Origin: an uncultured delta proteobacterium
Lineage (GTDB): Bacteria > Desulfobacterota > Desulfobacteria > Desulfobacterales > CAVQMW01
Assembly: GCA_963713755.1 (NCBI GenBank)
Contig: CAVQMW010000005.1
Span: 1,455,119 to 1,519,118 of the forward strand
Reading direction: 5' to 3'
Length of the DNA: 64,000 nt
This document shows, one piece after another, positions 1-10,166 of the stretch. A model generated the notes under the pieces. That model did no database searches, had not been told where the DNA came from, and saw only the letters and a list, made by a program, of their open reading frames with translations. A program made the translations under genes and the position numbers. Position 1 is the stretch's first letter. Each line of letters starts with the position of its first letter.

Positions 1-1877
1 CGCCTACAGCGAGCTGGGCGCCACGGCTGCCGATGCTTTCTACGGTGATATCACCGGCAGCATCGTCATAAATTCGTCGGGTGTGGATACGCTTTACTGT
101 GGGATCCTACACGGTGACCTACGATGTCGACCGATGCCAACAGCAATGCGGCCATCCAGGTAATCCGGACCGTGGATGTAGTGGATACCACCGCTCCGGT
201 GATCACGCTGCTGGGTTCTGATCCGGTAACTGTCGAAGTGGGCACTACCTATACCGATGCCGGCGCCACAGCCACCGATATCGGCGACGGTAATCTGACC
301 GGCCTCCATTGTCACCGTCAATCCAGTGGATCCGAACACTGTCGGTAGGGATCTACACAGTCACCTACGACGTTACGCGATTCCCAAGGCAATGCGGCAG
401 TTTCAGGTCACCCGCACAGTGAACGTGGTGGATACCACCGCCCCGGTGATTACCCTTTCCGGAGTTCCGATCCCCAGTCACCATCGAGGTGGGCAGTACC
501 TACACGTGATACTGGGCGCCACGGCTGCTGATGTCTGCGACGGTGATATCACCGGCTCCATCGTGATTGATGCCACTGCGGTAGATACTGCCGTAGTGGG
601 TTCCTACACGCGTCACCTACGATGTCGACCGATTCCAACGGCAATGCGGCCATGAAGTCACCCGCACGGTGAATGTAGTGGATACCACCGCGCCGGTGAT
701 CACTCTCTCCGGTGTCAATCCGGTCACCGTTGAAGTGGGCGATGCTTATACCGATGCCGGTGCAACCGCTTCGGATATTGGCGATGGCGACCTGACGGCC
801 TCCATTGTCACAGTCAACGGCGTGGATACGGCGGTGGTCGGTTCTTACACGGTCACCTACAACGTGACCGATTCGAGCAGCAACGCGGCAGCTGAAGTGA
901 CCCGCACGGTCAATGTAGTGGATACCACCGCGCCGGTGATTACTCTCAACGGTTCAGGTCCGGTCACCGTTGAAGTCGGCGATACTTATACCGATGCCGG
1001 GGCAACCGCTTCGGATATTGGCGATGGCGACCTGACGGCCTCCATTGTCACAGTCAACGGCGTGGATACGGCGGTGGTGGGTTCTTACACGGTCACCTAC
1101 AACGTGACCGATTCGAGCAGCAACGCGGCAGCTGAAGTCACCCGCACGGTCAATGTGGTGGATACTACCGCGCCGGTGATTACGCTGCTCGGTGCCGATC
1201 CTGTCACTGTGGAAGTGGGCGATACCTACACGGATGCTGGCGCTACGGCTGCTGACGTCGGTGATGGGGATCTCACCGGCTCCATCGTCACAGTCAATCC
1301 AGTCGATGCCGCCGTGGTGGGAGTCTACACCGTCACCTACAATGTGGACGACTCCCACGGCCATAGCGCAACTGAAGTCACCCGAACGGTGAACGTGGTG
1401 GATACTACAGAGCCGGTGATCACGCTGCTGGGGTCTGATCCGGTCACCGTTGAAGTCGGCGATGCTTATACCGATGCCGGGGCAACCGCTTCGGATATTG
1501 GCGATGGCGACCTGACGGCCTCCATTGTCACAGTCAACGGCGTGGATACGGCGGTGGTAGGGATCTACACCGTCACCTACAACGTTAGCGACTCCCACAC
1601 CAACGCGGCAGCTGAAGTGACCCGCACCGTGAACGTGGTGGATACCACCGTCCCGGTGATCACCTTGCTGGGTGCCGATCCAGTGACTGTCGAAGTGGGT
1701 TCTACGTATACCGATGCCGGGGCTACGGCCACCGATGTGGGTGATGGGGATTTAACCGGCAGCATCGTCACCGTCAACCCGGTGGATCACACCGCGGTGG
1801 GAAACTACACGGTCACCTACAATGTCACCGATTCCCAGGGCAATGCTGCCGTGCAGTTGAGCCGTATGGTGAATGTC
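1..1877 (+). repeat. Tandem coding repeat with a 240-bp unit: five in-phase copies (678-1877) preceded by at least three degenerate, out-of-phase copies.
   Basis: The anchor GTGGATACCACC recurs at 181, 428, 678, 918, 1158, 1398 and 1638. The spacings are 247, 250, 240, 240, 240 and 240. Confidence 0.9.
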
Positions 1878-3935
1878 GTCAATGCCCCTCCCAGTCTCAA
1901 TCCGCTCTCCAACCAGACGATACCGGAAAAAACAGAGGTGGCCTTTACCGTCTCGGCCTCGGATCCCGATCCAGCCGATACCCTTACCTACAGCCTGACC
2001 GGCGCGCCCACCGGATCAACCATTGATCCGGTAAGCGGAGCATTCTCATGGACGCCGAGCGAGGCCCACGGTCCCGGGAATTATACCTTTACCGTGGTGG
2101 TCCGCGATTCAGGCACCCCCCCCCTAACCGACCGCCGGTCCATCACCATCGCGGTGACTGAGGTCAATGATCCTCCAGTGGCCGCTGCTGATGTGATGGT
2201 GGTTGATCACGGCGATCAGGCCAGAGCAAGTTTGATTGCGAACGATCTGGATGTCGATGACGGAATCGATCCGGCCGGGATCACGGTGACCTCCCAACCG
2301 GCCCATGGCACTGTGACCGCGCACACCAATGGATCGGTGACCTATAATCATGATGGCTCTGATACGACCCGGGATAGTTTCACCTATACGGTTACCGATC
2401 TGAGCGGTGCGCCATCCATTGACGCCACTGTTTCTATCGTCATCAATCCCCCGGATCCCCAAATCGTAATCACGGCGGGGCAAAACTTTAATGTCAGCGA
2501 GTCCGCTGCTGCCGGTACATGGGTGGGAACGGTGCAAACCACGGGTGATTCCCCCACGGGCTTTGCCATTGTGGGTAGTAATCCCAACACAGTCTTTCGA
2601 ATTGATGCCCAAGGCCGTATTACGGTTGGCAACGGAACGCTTTTAGACTATGAAAGCCTTTCAGGGTATACATTAACCATCGAGGCTACCGCCGCCCAAT
2701 CCAGCCATACGGCCAGGGTGGCCATCCGTGTCGGCGATGCCAACGACACCGCGCCTGTTATTCAAAGCAATCAGGTATTCACATTTAACCAACGCCCCCA
2801 GAGCGGTGATGCCATGGGAACCGTTGTGGCTTCGGACGCAGATACGGTGGGAGGTCTTGAAAACTGGCGTATTATGACCGGCAATGATGCCGGGATATTT
2901 GCCATTGATCCGGTCAATGGCCTGTTGCAGGTGGTGGAAAACGGCCCCATTCATTCCGGCCGCTCCAGTTACAACCTCCAGGTCCGGGTATCCGATGGCA
3001 TTCAGGATTCTGCTTTGGAAACCATAACCGTGGAAATCAATTATTTATCGGGCGGCTCCGGTGTGGCGGGCCCCGGCCCCACACCGGACCCTGACCCCGA
3101 TCCCGACCCCGAGCCCGAGCCGGAATTGGAGCCCAACCCCGATCCGGAGCCAAACCGCGATCCTGAACCCGATCTGGAACCGGAATCAGGGAATAGTGCG
3201 GATCCCGCTATTGATCCTGAGCCGGACCCGGAATTGACGCCGCCAGTTGAGCCAGAGCCAGATTTTGAACCAGTATTCGAACCGACACCGGATCCCGAAA
3301 CCGTTGCCCTTGCGGAGCCCCCCCCCAGCGAGAGCACTTCACCCCCGGATTCCATGGCTCCCCGGAACAGCGCCCCCCACCGCGCCCCGGGTATCTACAC
3401 GGGTCCTGCAGGGGGACAGGCCCCCCATGGACTTCCCCCGGCGGCCCCAAACGCACAAACCCGCGGCGCCCGCTATCCCGAAATCACCACCACCAATCCG
3501 AATCCCGGCGAGGATGCGACCCCCTGGGGGAAAACCGGCTATGTACCGCCCCAACTGGCCGGCATGTCGCCCGAGTTTCAAGATGCAATTCAGACCATGA
3601 GCGATACCTTCCAGGATGCGATGCAGGATACCGAAAAGCGACAACGCCTTGTGATCCGCGCGGCCCAGGGCGCCGGTATATCCATCACCCTGGGACTGAT
3701 TCTCTGGGTCCTGCGCTTCAGCAGTTTGATTGCCTGCGCCCTGGGGAGCTTGCCGGCCTGGCGCAGCTACGATCCCCTGCCGGTGCTGGATTTAAGCAAG
3801 AAGGAACGCGAAGCGCATCGGCAAAGAATGTGCCAGGCCCATAGCGAAGAGCAGTCCGAAATGGGCTTGGCCCGGGTTTTGGATCCAGAGATCGATGCCG
3901 ATCCTGATCTGAACCCGGTGAGAGAGAAAAAATGA
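1..3935 (+). CDS. Giant repeat-rich surface adhesin. The 5' end lies outside the window and the reading frame is broken several times before nt 669 (decay or sequence errors).
   Basis: ORFs 124-348, 326-655 and 669-3935 all carry the same 80-aa unit: VNVVDTTAPVITL.G..PVTVEVG..YTDAGATA.D.GDGDLT.SIVTVN.VD..VVG.YTVTYNV.D......EVTRT (DUF5011/HYR-like Ig repeat). Downstream are cadherin-type motifs (VTEVNDPPVA, GDANDTAPVI, LLDYE) and a PDPEPE-rich linker (about 3070-3300). A hydrophobic segment, ISITLGLILWVLRFSSLIACALG, lies near the C-terminus. Confidence 0.75.
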
Positions 3936-5500
3936 TCCGCTTATCTCCGGTATGGCGCATCAGCATCGGCCTGGCTTTTATGAGTGTGGCCCTGGTGTTG
4001 TCGGGGGACTTTCTCTTCGATCTCTCCGCCGGCCGCAGCGCCGATCTCTTCAAGGAACGTAAAAAACTGATTGAATCTCTAGCTCTGGAGTACTCCCAAC
4101 TGGCCCTGGAGGGCAGATCCGGGGCCATGGTCACCAAAATGAAGGATCTCATCGTCAAAGATGATCAGATCGCCTCATGTGCCCTAAAAACAGCAGACGG
4201 CAAACTCCTCGCGCAAGCCGGTGACCACGAAACCCATTGGGACCCACCGCCGGCAGGCACCTCCACCTTGGACCATATCCAGGTCCCCATTTTCCAGAAC
4301 GAGCAACGCTGGGGCACCCTCGAAGTCAGCTTTACCGGGCGCGGCCCGTTTAGCGAAATCCTCTTCCTGGCCAATCCCTTGCTCAAACTGCTCCTGTTCA
4401 TCGCCGTTGTTGGGCTATTTTCCTACCTGCTTTTCATGAAACGGGTGCTGAAGCATTTAGATCCATCGGCCGTGGTCCCGGAACGGGTAAAAACCGCCAT
4501 GGATATCCTCACCGAAGGCGTGATGTTTTTAGATGAAAAGGGGCTGATCGTCTTGGCCAACGCCGCAATTGCCAAAAAAATGGGCACGGATATGGCGTCT
4601 TTGCTGGGACGGGACGTGGGGGGCTTTCAATGGCTGGATCCCAAAAGCGGCCGGCCCCATGAAGGCTTTCCCTATTTGAAGGAGCTGTTGGCCGGTCAAG
4701 TCATCCGCCGGGTATATCTCGACCTTAAAACCGCCGACGGCAAGGTTCACAAACTTGTGGTCAACGCCTCGGCCATCAAGGACCCCAAAGGGATGCTGCG
4801 AGGCGCCCTGATCTCCATGGATGACATCACCTTGCTGGAGAAAACCAACCAGCGACTGCTGAAGCTGACCACGGAACTTCAATATTCCCGCAAGCAGGTC
4901 GAGCATCAAAATAAAAAGCTGAAACTTTTGGCCACCCGGGACCCCCTCACCGGCTGCTATAACCGCAGGGCGCTGTTTGAGCGATTTGATGCTATGTTTG
5001 ACCGGGCGCGGGCGCAGCACAGCGAGATCTGCTGCATCATGACCGACATCGATCATTTCAAAACCTTCAATGATACTTACGGTCATGCCGTGGGCGACAA
5101 AGTACTCCAGATCGTGGCCAAGATCATAGGAATCGGCCTGAGACAAAACGATATTGTAGCCCGCTATGGGGGTGAAGAATTCTGCCTGATTATCGCTGGT
5201 GCCACGCTGGATCAAGGAGTCAGGGTCGCCGAGAGAGCCCGGGCGGCCATCGAATCCAAAGCCGGGCGCAGTCTGCGCAGCAAAGAGGATATCCGCGTCA
5301 CCGCCAGTTTCGGGGTTTCTTCCATCAAGCTGGATGCAGCCAACCCAGAAGCCCTCATCGATCAGGCCGATCAGGCGCTGTATAAAGCGAAAGAGGCCGG
5401 CCGAAATCAGGTAATCCGGTTTGATGAGATTAAAACCAAACCCTTCCTGCACCAGATATCACCAGCCGAATACAAGGAGCCCCAGCTGTCGCCACGCTAA
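3932..5500 (+). CDS. Membrane-anchored PAS-GGDEF diguanylate cyclase.
   Basis: Two hydrophobic segments flank a roughly 130-aa N-terminal domain. A PAS-like region and a coiled coil follow. The GGDEF domain has RDPLTGCYNRRAL, DIDHFKTFNDTYGH and an intact GGEEF, with an RxxD I-site (RQND) five residues upstream. The start ATG overlaps the adhesin stop (ATGA at 3932-3935). Confidence 0.9.
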   Translation: MIRLSPVWRISIGLAFMSVALVLSGDFLFDLSAGRSADLFKERKKLIESLALEYSQLALEGRSGAMVTKMKDLIVKDDQIASCALKTADGKLLAQAGDHETHWDPPPAGTSTLDHIQVPIFQNEQRWGTLEVSFTGRGPFSEILFLANPLLKLLLFIAVVGLFSYLLFMKRVLKHLDPSAVVPERVKTAMDILTEGVMFLDEKGLIVLANAAIAKKMGTDMASLLGRDVGGFQWLDPKSGRPHEGFPYLKELLAGQVIRRVYLDLKTADGKVHKLVVNASAIKDPKGMLRGALISMDDITLLEKTNQRLLKLTTELQYSRKQVEHQNKKLKLLATRDPLTGCYNRRALFERFDAMFDRARAQHSEICCIMTDIDHFKTFNDTYGHAVGDKVLQIVAKIIGIGLRQNDIVARYGGEEFCLIIAGATLDQGVRVAERARAAIESKAGRSLRSKEDIRVTASFGVSSIKLDAANPEALIDQADQALYKAKEAGRNQVIRFDEIKTKPFLHQISPAEYKEPQLSPR

Positions 5501-6255
5501 TCGGATTGTTCGCTTTGTTCACGGGTCATGCCGAAAATAGAGTCGCAGCCTTTAGAACAATTATCCCGAAGGCCAAGATCTTGTCACCAGGAAGATAAAT
5601 TGAACTCTCGGCGAGCCATGCAGTAGAAGGGTAAGAATGCCACAAGGAATCCTTAAATTTTACCGAGCCTGTCTACCCGGTGATAGCTAAAGTTTTTTTA
5701 TAATATGGCAATATAAAATAAGGGAAATAGTGATTTTTACCCCTAGCGATACAACTAGTATGGAGACATAAGTTGGTGGCCCATCAAGAGAGAAACAGGA
5801 TCGATCGGACCACAGGATTGATAACCAATCTGCCCAACGCTAATCAGATGGGGTTGATGGAGGCGCGCCAATACCATGCCAATGGGATTGGTCAGTTTGA
5901 TTGTTCCGCAGCCCAAATGGCGAATGAACTTACCACTGTTTCCAAATCAATATCCAGCCTGCTAAATCGCCATATTAGTATTCCGGCTTCCAGCAAACTA
6001 TTAATCGCCAACTCAATAAAAGCCCTCCAGCACGCATTGGATCATTTGACCCGAAAGAGCGAGCAGTCGGACCAAGGTGATCACGCACATAAAATCCGTA
6101 CCTTACATTTGGACAAGCATCAAAATCAGTTGGAAAGTAAGGTTCAAATGCGTACAAAGAACTTTCGCTGCTTTTGGAAACCTCTGCCAGATTGTCTCAC
6201 AGGAGTTTCGGGGATAAAGGGTCGCAGCGGCTGCGAGGTCCCGTCAATAGCGGGC

Positions 6256-7977
6256 TTAGGTGACTATAGGTTGTAAGACCCCACTTCCGTCGATATAGTG
6301 GCCAAACGCCGATAGGACTTCGGCTTGGGTCTTCGTGGGGGTTTCCATGCGCCGGATAGGCTTTATCGAGCCTTTGTTGAGCATCAGCACCGAGTGAAGA
6401 TGCCTCATATCATCCATTACATCTTCCGCCGTTCGGTTTATGCCCGCTGACATCAGCTTGAGTTCCAATCTGCGCAAGTAGGTCATTGCCACAACGCATG
6501 TAAACAAATGGCAGCGGATCTTGCTATCGGTCCAGTGCCTGATAGGACACGTAGCGACCAGATCGTCGTTCTTGCTGAGACGAAAGCGCTCTTCCACTTG
6601 CCATCTGTCCAGACTGGCCTCTACGATTTCACCGGTGGTCCAATCCGTATTGTCCGTGATGATAATGTTTTTTCCAAACAACGCCTCCTTTTTGCCAATC
6701 CTGTATACGTCCTTACGAAAGCTCATTGATAGGACGTCTTCGGCCTGATTGAAACTGAGGATATAAAAATCCGAGGAAACGTTCATCCTTTCGCATAACC
6801 GCACATAGCGCTCCTGGATCGTTTCCGGATTTTTCCAATGCGGGGCCTTTTCACGCACCTTGTTGCGCATGGCAAGCAGCTGCTGGCGGATCGAATCCAT
6901 CTTGTCGCGGAATGTATAGGTCTGCTTGCGTGCCGTTGCCGGATTATAGGTCACCACCACGGTTCGCTGTTTACCCCAGTATTCGCCCTTGCTGCGATAA
7001 ACAAGCAGTTGATCCTCAGCACTTTCGTCTTCAACCAGCTGTCTGTTTTTTGCAGTATCCACCGGCTCAAAACGGTCAAGTGACGTTGCGGCTAGATCCT
7101 GAGCAAAATAGGTCGAATAGGTGGTTACGAAATGAATCCGCGCATGCTCGTCTATCCATGCATAATTGCCGTCCGAGTTCATTCCTTTGTCAATGACAAC
7201 GGTTAACCGTTCTTTTGTTTTGTGCAGCCCACACACGACACCGAACATTTCATCCATGATCGATTCAAATTGCTTGCTGTCATGTACGTTGCCTGGATAC
7301 ACGCAGTAATATAGCGGCAGCCTTGATTTTCGGGCCACCAAAAGACCGAGCCCGATTTGCCGCAAATAGTGCCTGCCTTCCTTGTTTTTCCCTCGCTTGG
7401 CAAGATCGGATTGGGTATGGCTGGACAAAATGTAGTAGTTGGTGGTGTCGAACAAAAGGCAGTCCGCACTTGGAGAATCGCGTTGCCAGATCTGCTCGAA
7501 AAAGCCTTGGGCTATCGTTTTCAGGGCTTTTTCACCGACCCGATCCCACTTTTCCCAGAAGCGTTTGCTGGTCAGTTCGCCCAGATCCACAGGCCGGATA
7601 TGCTGAATCGCCGTCCGGCTGTACCACCGGGACAATCGGTTTTTGCTGACCGCCTCAACCATCCGGTTCCATACGCAATATAGAAAATATTCTCCGACAG
7701 TAGGACCCTTTTCACGGTCGGCTCTCGGCACTACGCTGTCAACGACAGCGGCAAGATCAATATCGTAGTTGATCTGCTTGGCCAGCCACAAGGCCCCGAA
7801 CTCTTCGACCTTTATGTTCACCGGCCCGTGTTCTTTGCCGGTCGCATAGCCGGCAACACGCTCCGGGGAACCGACGTAGATCTGGGAAACCACTTTGGGT
7901 TTGCCCTCGACGCGGGCAATTTCCCGGACGTACAGGTAGGGTCTTCCTTTTTTCTTTTTGACATGGAAGTGCGACAT
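6256..7977 (-). CDS. IS4/IS1634-family DDE transposase.
   Basis: 573 aa. The N-terminus is MSHFHVKKKKGRPYLYVREI. Candidate DDE residues lie in LLFDTTNYY, VVIDKGMNS and RWQVEERFRLSK (the YREK-like signature of IS4-type enzymes). Confidence 0.75.
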   Translation of the reverse strand: MSHFHVKKKKGRPYLYVREIARVEGKPKVVSQIYVGSPERVAGYATGKEHGPVNIKVEEFGALWLAKQINYDIDLAAVVDSVVPRADREKGPTVGEYFLYCVWNRMVEAVSKNRLSRWYSRTAIQHIRPVDLGELTSKRFWEKWDRVGEKALKTIAQGFFEQIWQRDSPSADCLLFDTTNYYILSSHTQSDLAKRGKNKEGRHYLRQIGLGLLVARKSRLPLYYCVYPGNVHDSKQFESIMDEMFGVVCGLHKTKERLTVVIDKGMNSDGNYAWIDEHARIHFVTTYSTYFAQDLAATSLDRFEPVDTAKNRQLVEDESAEDQLLVYRSKGEYWGKQRTVVVTYNPATARKQTYTFRDKMDSIRQQLLAMRNKVREKAPHWKNPETIQERYVRLCERMNVSSDFYILSFNQAEDVLSMSFRKDVYRIGKKEALFGKNIIITDNTDWTTGEIVEASLDRWQVEERFRLSKNDDLVATCPIRHWTDSKIRCHLFTCVVAMTYLRRLELKLMSAGINRTAEDVMDDMRHLHSVLMLNKGSIKPIRRMETPTKTQAEVLSAFGHYIDGSGVLQPIVT

Positions 7978-8006
7978 GTAAGCACCATATATAGTAGGGT
8001 CTTACA
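6272..8006 (-). mobile_element. Possible IS boundaries for the IS4/IS1634-type element.
   Basis: A 14-bp imperfect inverted repeat is present: TGTAAGACCC(C/T)ACT at 6272-6285 and its reverse complement at 7993-8006. No target duplication is recognisable, and the left repeat lies inside the 3' end of the ORF. Confidence 0.3.
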
Positions 8007-8327
8007 TGGTTTGGAGCAAAATACGCTGTAATTGCAGCGGGTTAGGCGGCAAGCCGAGGGTTATCTCTGAAAGTCCTGTTGGACCCTCAAATTGTGGATG
8101 TTTTTCTCAAAATTTCTCCGAAAATCTAGTTATATGATAACATAAGTGTTTCATTTCTTATTTCAATGTATTTGCTTATTGAAGATTTTTCGATATACTA
8201 AAGTTTAACAGAAACCCTTGATTCCATAAAGATAGAAGATACTTTTCGAGTGAATCCACATCCCGGATGCCCGTCTTTTGTCATAGTCATTATATCCGCA
8301 GCCCTCCCCCCCGCTACGTTTTTACTC

Positions 8328-8459
8328 CGCCATACATACCTGAGACTGCCGGTAATACCTGGCCAATCCGCTGACCGCGGTAAGATAGGATCGTTGGGTG
8401 CGACGGGAAAGGTTTTTCAAATCCATGGTTCTGATCACCTTTTGACGCAAGGTTGTCAT
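8328..8459 (-). pseudogene. N-terminal stub of a tyrosine recombinase/integrase (SAM-like N-domain only).
   Basis: A GGAGG RBS precedes an ATG at 8459. The product is MTTLRQKVIRTMDLKNLSRRTQRSYLTAVSGLARYYRQS, then a stop after 43 codons. The opening matches the common integrase N-terminus MT.LRQ.MI.DM.LRNLS..TQ..Y...V..LA..Y..SP, from memory of the family. Confidence 0.5.
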
Positions 8460-8665
8460 GGCCTACCTCCTTGGTTTGGGGTTAACAATGGAGGTAGTTT
8501 ACACGATCAGAGCGATAGGATGTGCCGGGGGGTAATTCGGTAGGCAAATGGCTGAATAGCCTCAGGTGGGTAAGCTACCGAGCAGCGGTTTCGTGCACTT
8601 CATGGAAACCTGAAAACTGTGATGCCCAATTTGGTGCTTGACGACACTCAACAATAATTATCCTA

Positions 8666-9699
8666 GGTGGGTATCCATACGTCTCTCGTAACGGTATGCT
8701 GGCCGTATGCAAGAGAAAATTCGTCATCCGGTACCTGGCGTCGATTACCCACGCACACTGATTGAGTTTGAGGAGTGGTTTTCTTCCGAGGAGGCCTGTC
8801 TCCAGTACCTTCGTCGTCTGCGATGGCGTTATGGGTTTCGATGCCCTGGGTGCGGCAGGCAGAAAGCATGGCCCACCAACAGGGGCGAGCTTCGGTGTGC
8901 CGCATGTCAACGCCAGACTTCGCCGACTTCCGGTACGATTTTACAGGGGACCACCAAGCCCCTTCATCTGTGGTTCCATGCGATGTGGCACATAACCAAC
9001 CAGGAGTTTGGGGCCAGTGCGTTGGGACTTCAAAGGGTCCTCGGGTTTGGCAGCTATCAGACGGCATGGGCGTGGCTTCACAAGATGAGACGTGCGATGA
9101 TTCGTCCGGGTCGCGAGAAACTTAGCGGTCTCGTGGAGGTGGATGAGACCTATGTCGGCGGCCTGGAGGAAGGCGCACACGGCAGACATACCGAGAAGAA
9201 GGCCATCGTAGTAATCGCCGTGGAGATCCACGTGCCGATGGGGTTCGGCCGAGTCCGGCTTGGACGCGTCCCCGATGTTAGCGCTGAAAGCCTCGTGTCG
9301 TTTGTGCGCGGGGCCATTGAGCCCGGTTCTGTTGTGCACACCGATGGCTGGAAAGGATACAATGATCTCCCCAAGTTGGGCTAAACTCGCAAGAAGACAA
9401 TCTTATCGTCCAGTCCAGAGCCAGCCCACGTCGTGATGCCAGGCGTCCACCGGATAGCAGCGCTGTTGAAACGATGGCTGTTGGGGACGCACCAAGGTGC
9501 GACAAGTGCGCGGCATCTGGACTATTACCTCGACGAATATACGTTCAGGTTTAACCGGCGCACCTCAAGATCACGAGGATTGCTCTTTTATCGTTTACTG
9601 GAACAGGCGGTGCAAACTGATCCAACGTCCTATGCGAATATGATTGGAGGCAAGCCCCGCACTCCAAAAGTCTAACGAGAGAGAAGTGGATACCCCCCT
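8666..9699 (+). mobile_element. IS1595-family insertion sequence (inactivated copy).
   Basis: Imperfect terminal inverted repeats match at 20/26 positions: GGTGGGTATCCATACGTCTCTCGTAA (8666-) against the reverse complement of 9673-9698, GGGGGGTATCCACTTCTCTCTCGTTA. The flanking 8-mers are TTATCCTA (8658-8665) and TTATCCAA (9700-9707), a 7/8 match. Confidence 0.7.
8707..9675 (+). pseudogene. IS1595-family transposase interrupted by one in-frame TAA.
   Basis: ORFs 8707-9384 and 9433-9675 are in the same frame, separated by TAA at 9382-9384. The zinc-ribbon CPGCG..CAAC, the ISXO2-like core and HTDGWKGY lie before the stop. VMPGVHRIAALLKRWLLGTHQG and LDEYTFRFNRR lie after it. Confidence 0.85.
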
Positions 9700-10166
9700 T
9701 TATCCAATTCATAACTGGCAGCGTTTCTGAAGGCTTAACAATAAAATTCGAAATGTGTAATTAATAAACGTCGGACTCCAGGTTAAATACAAAATTGATT
9801 GTTGGTTTTCAGGAAACAATCACAGATGAAAATGGATGGCGGACCATTACTGATTTCTCCAGATCACCACCGAAATAGCTAAAATGATATTTACAATGAT
9901 GAAATGTAATCACAAGTTAACGGATTTTTCTTGCCACCTACTTTGATGAAATGGAACCTTTTTTCACCTTTCCCCAAGCCCTTTCAATAGGGGTGCTCCC
10001 ATAGCCGAACTTAATGTGGTCGGTATCTATGATTCCGGGTCGCTACACTAAGACCGTCACGGACAGCTTTCAGTCACCAAATGAAAAACCGGATCGATCG
10101 AACTCAACCTTTGCACTGATTTGCCGATAACATATTAGGCACATTCATTCATCTGGGGTACCCGGC

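Noticed and set aside
1-1877. The regular 240-bp repeats as a possible CRISPR or satellite array.
   Set aside because: The repeats are contiguous, with no unique spacers. They encode a conserved 80-aa Ig-like domain in frame, so they are protein-coding tandem repeats.
3041-3355. A minus-strand ORF encoding a GSGSGS-rich 104-aa peptide.
   Set aside because: It is the mirror image of the PDPEPE low-complexity linker of the adhesin. It is an artefact of the simple-sequence repeat.
5773-6276. A 167-aa TTG-initiated ORF between the cyclase gene and the IS4/IS1634-type transposase.
   Set aside because: It shows no recognisable similarity, has a weak start and no RBS, and runs into the 3' end of the transposase gene. 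I cannot support it as a gene, though it may be a remnant of something.
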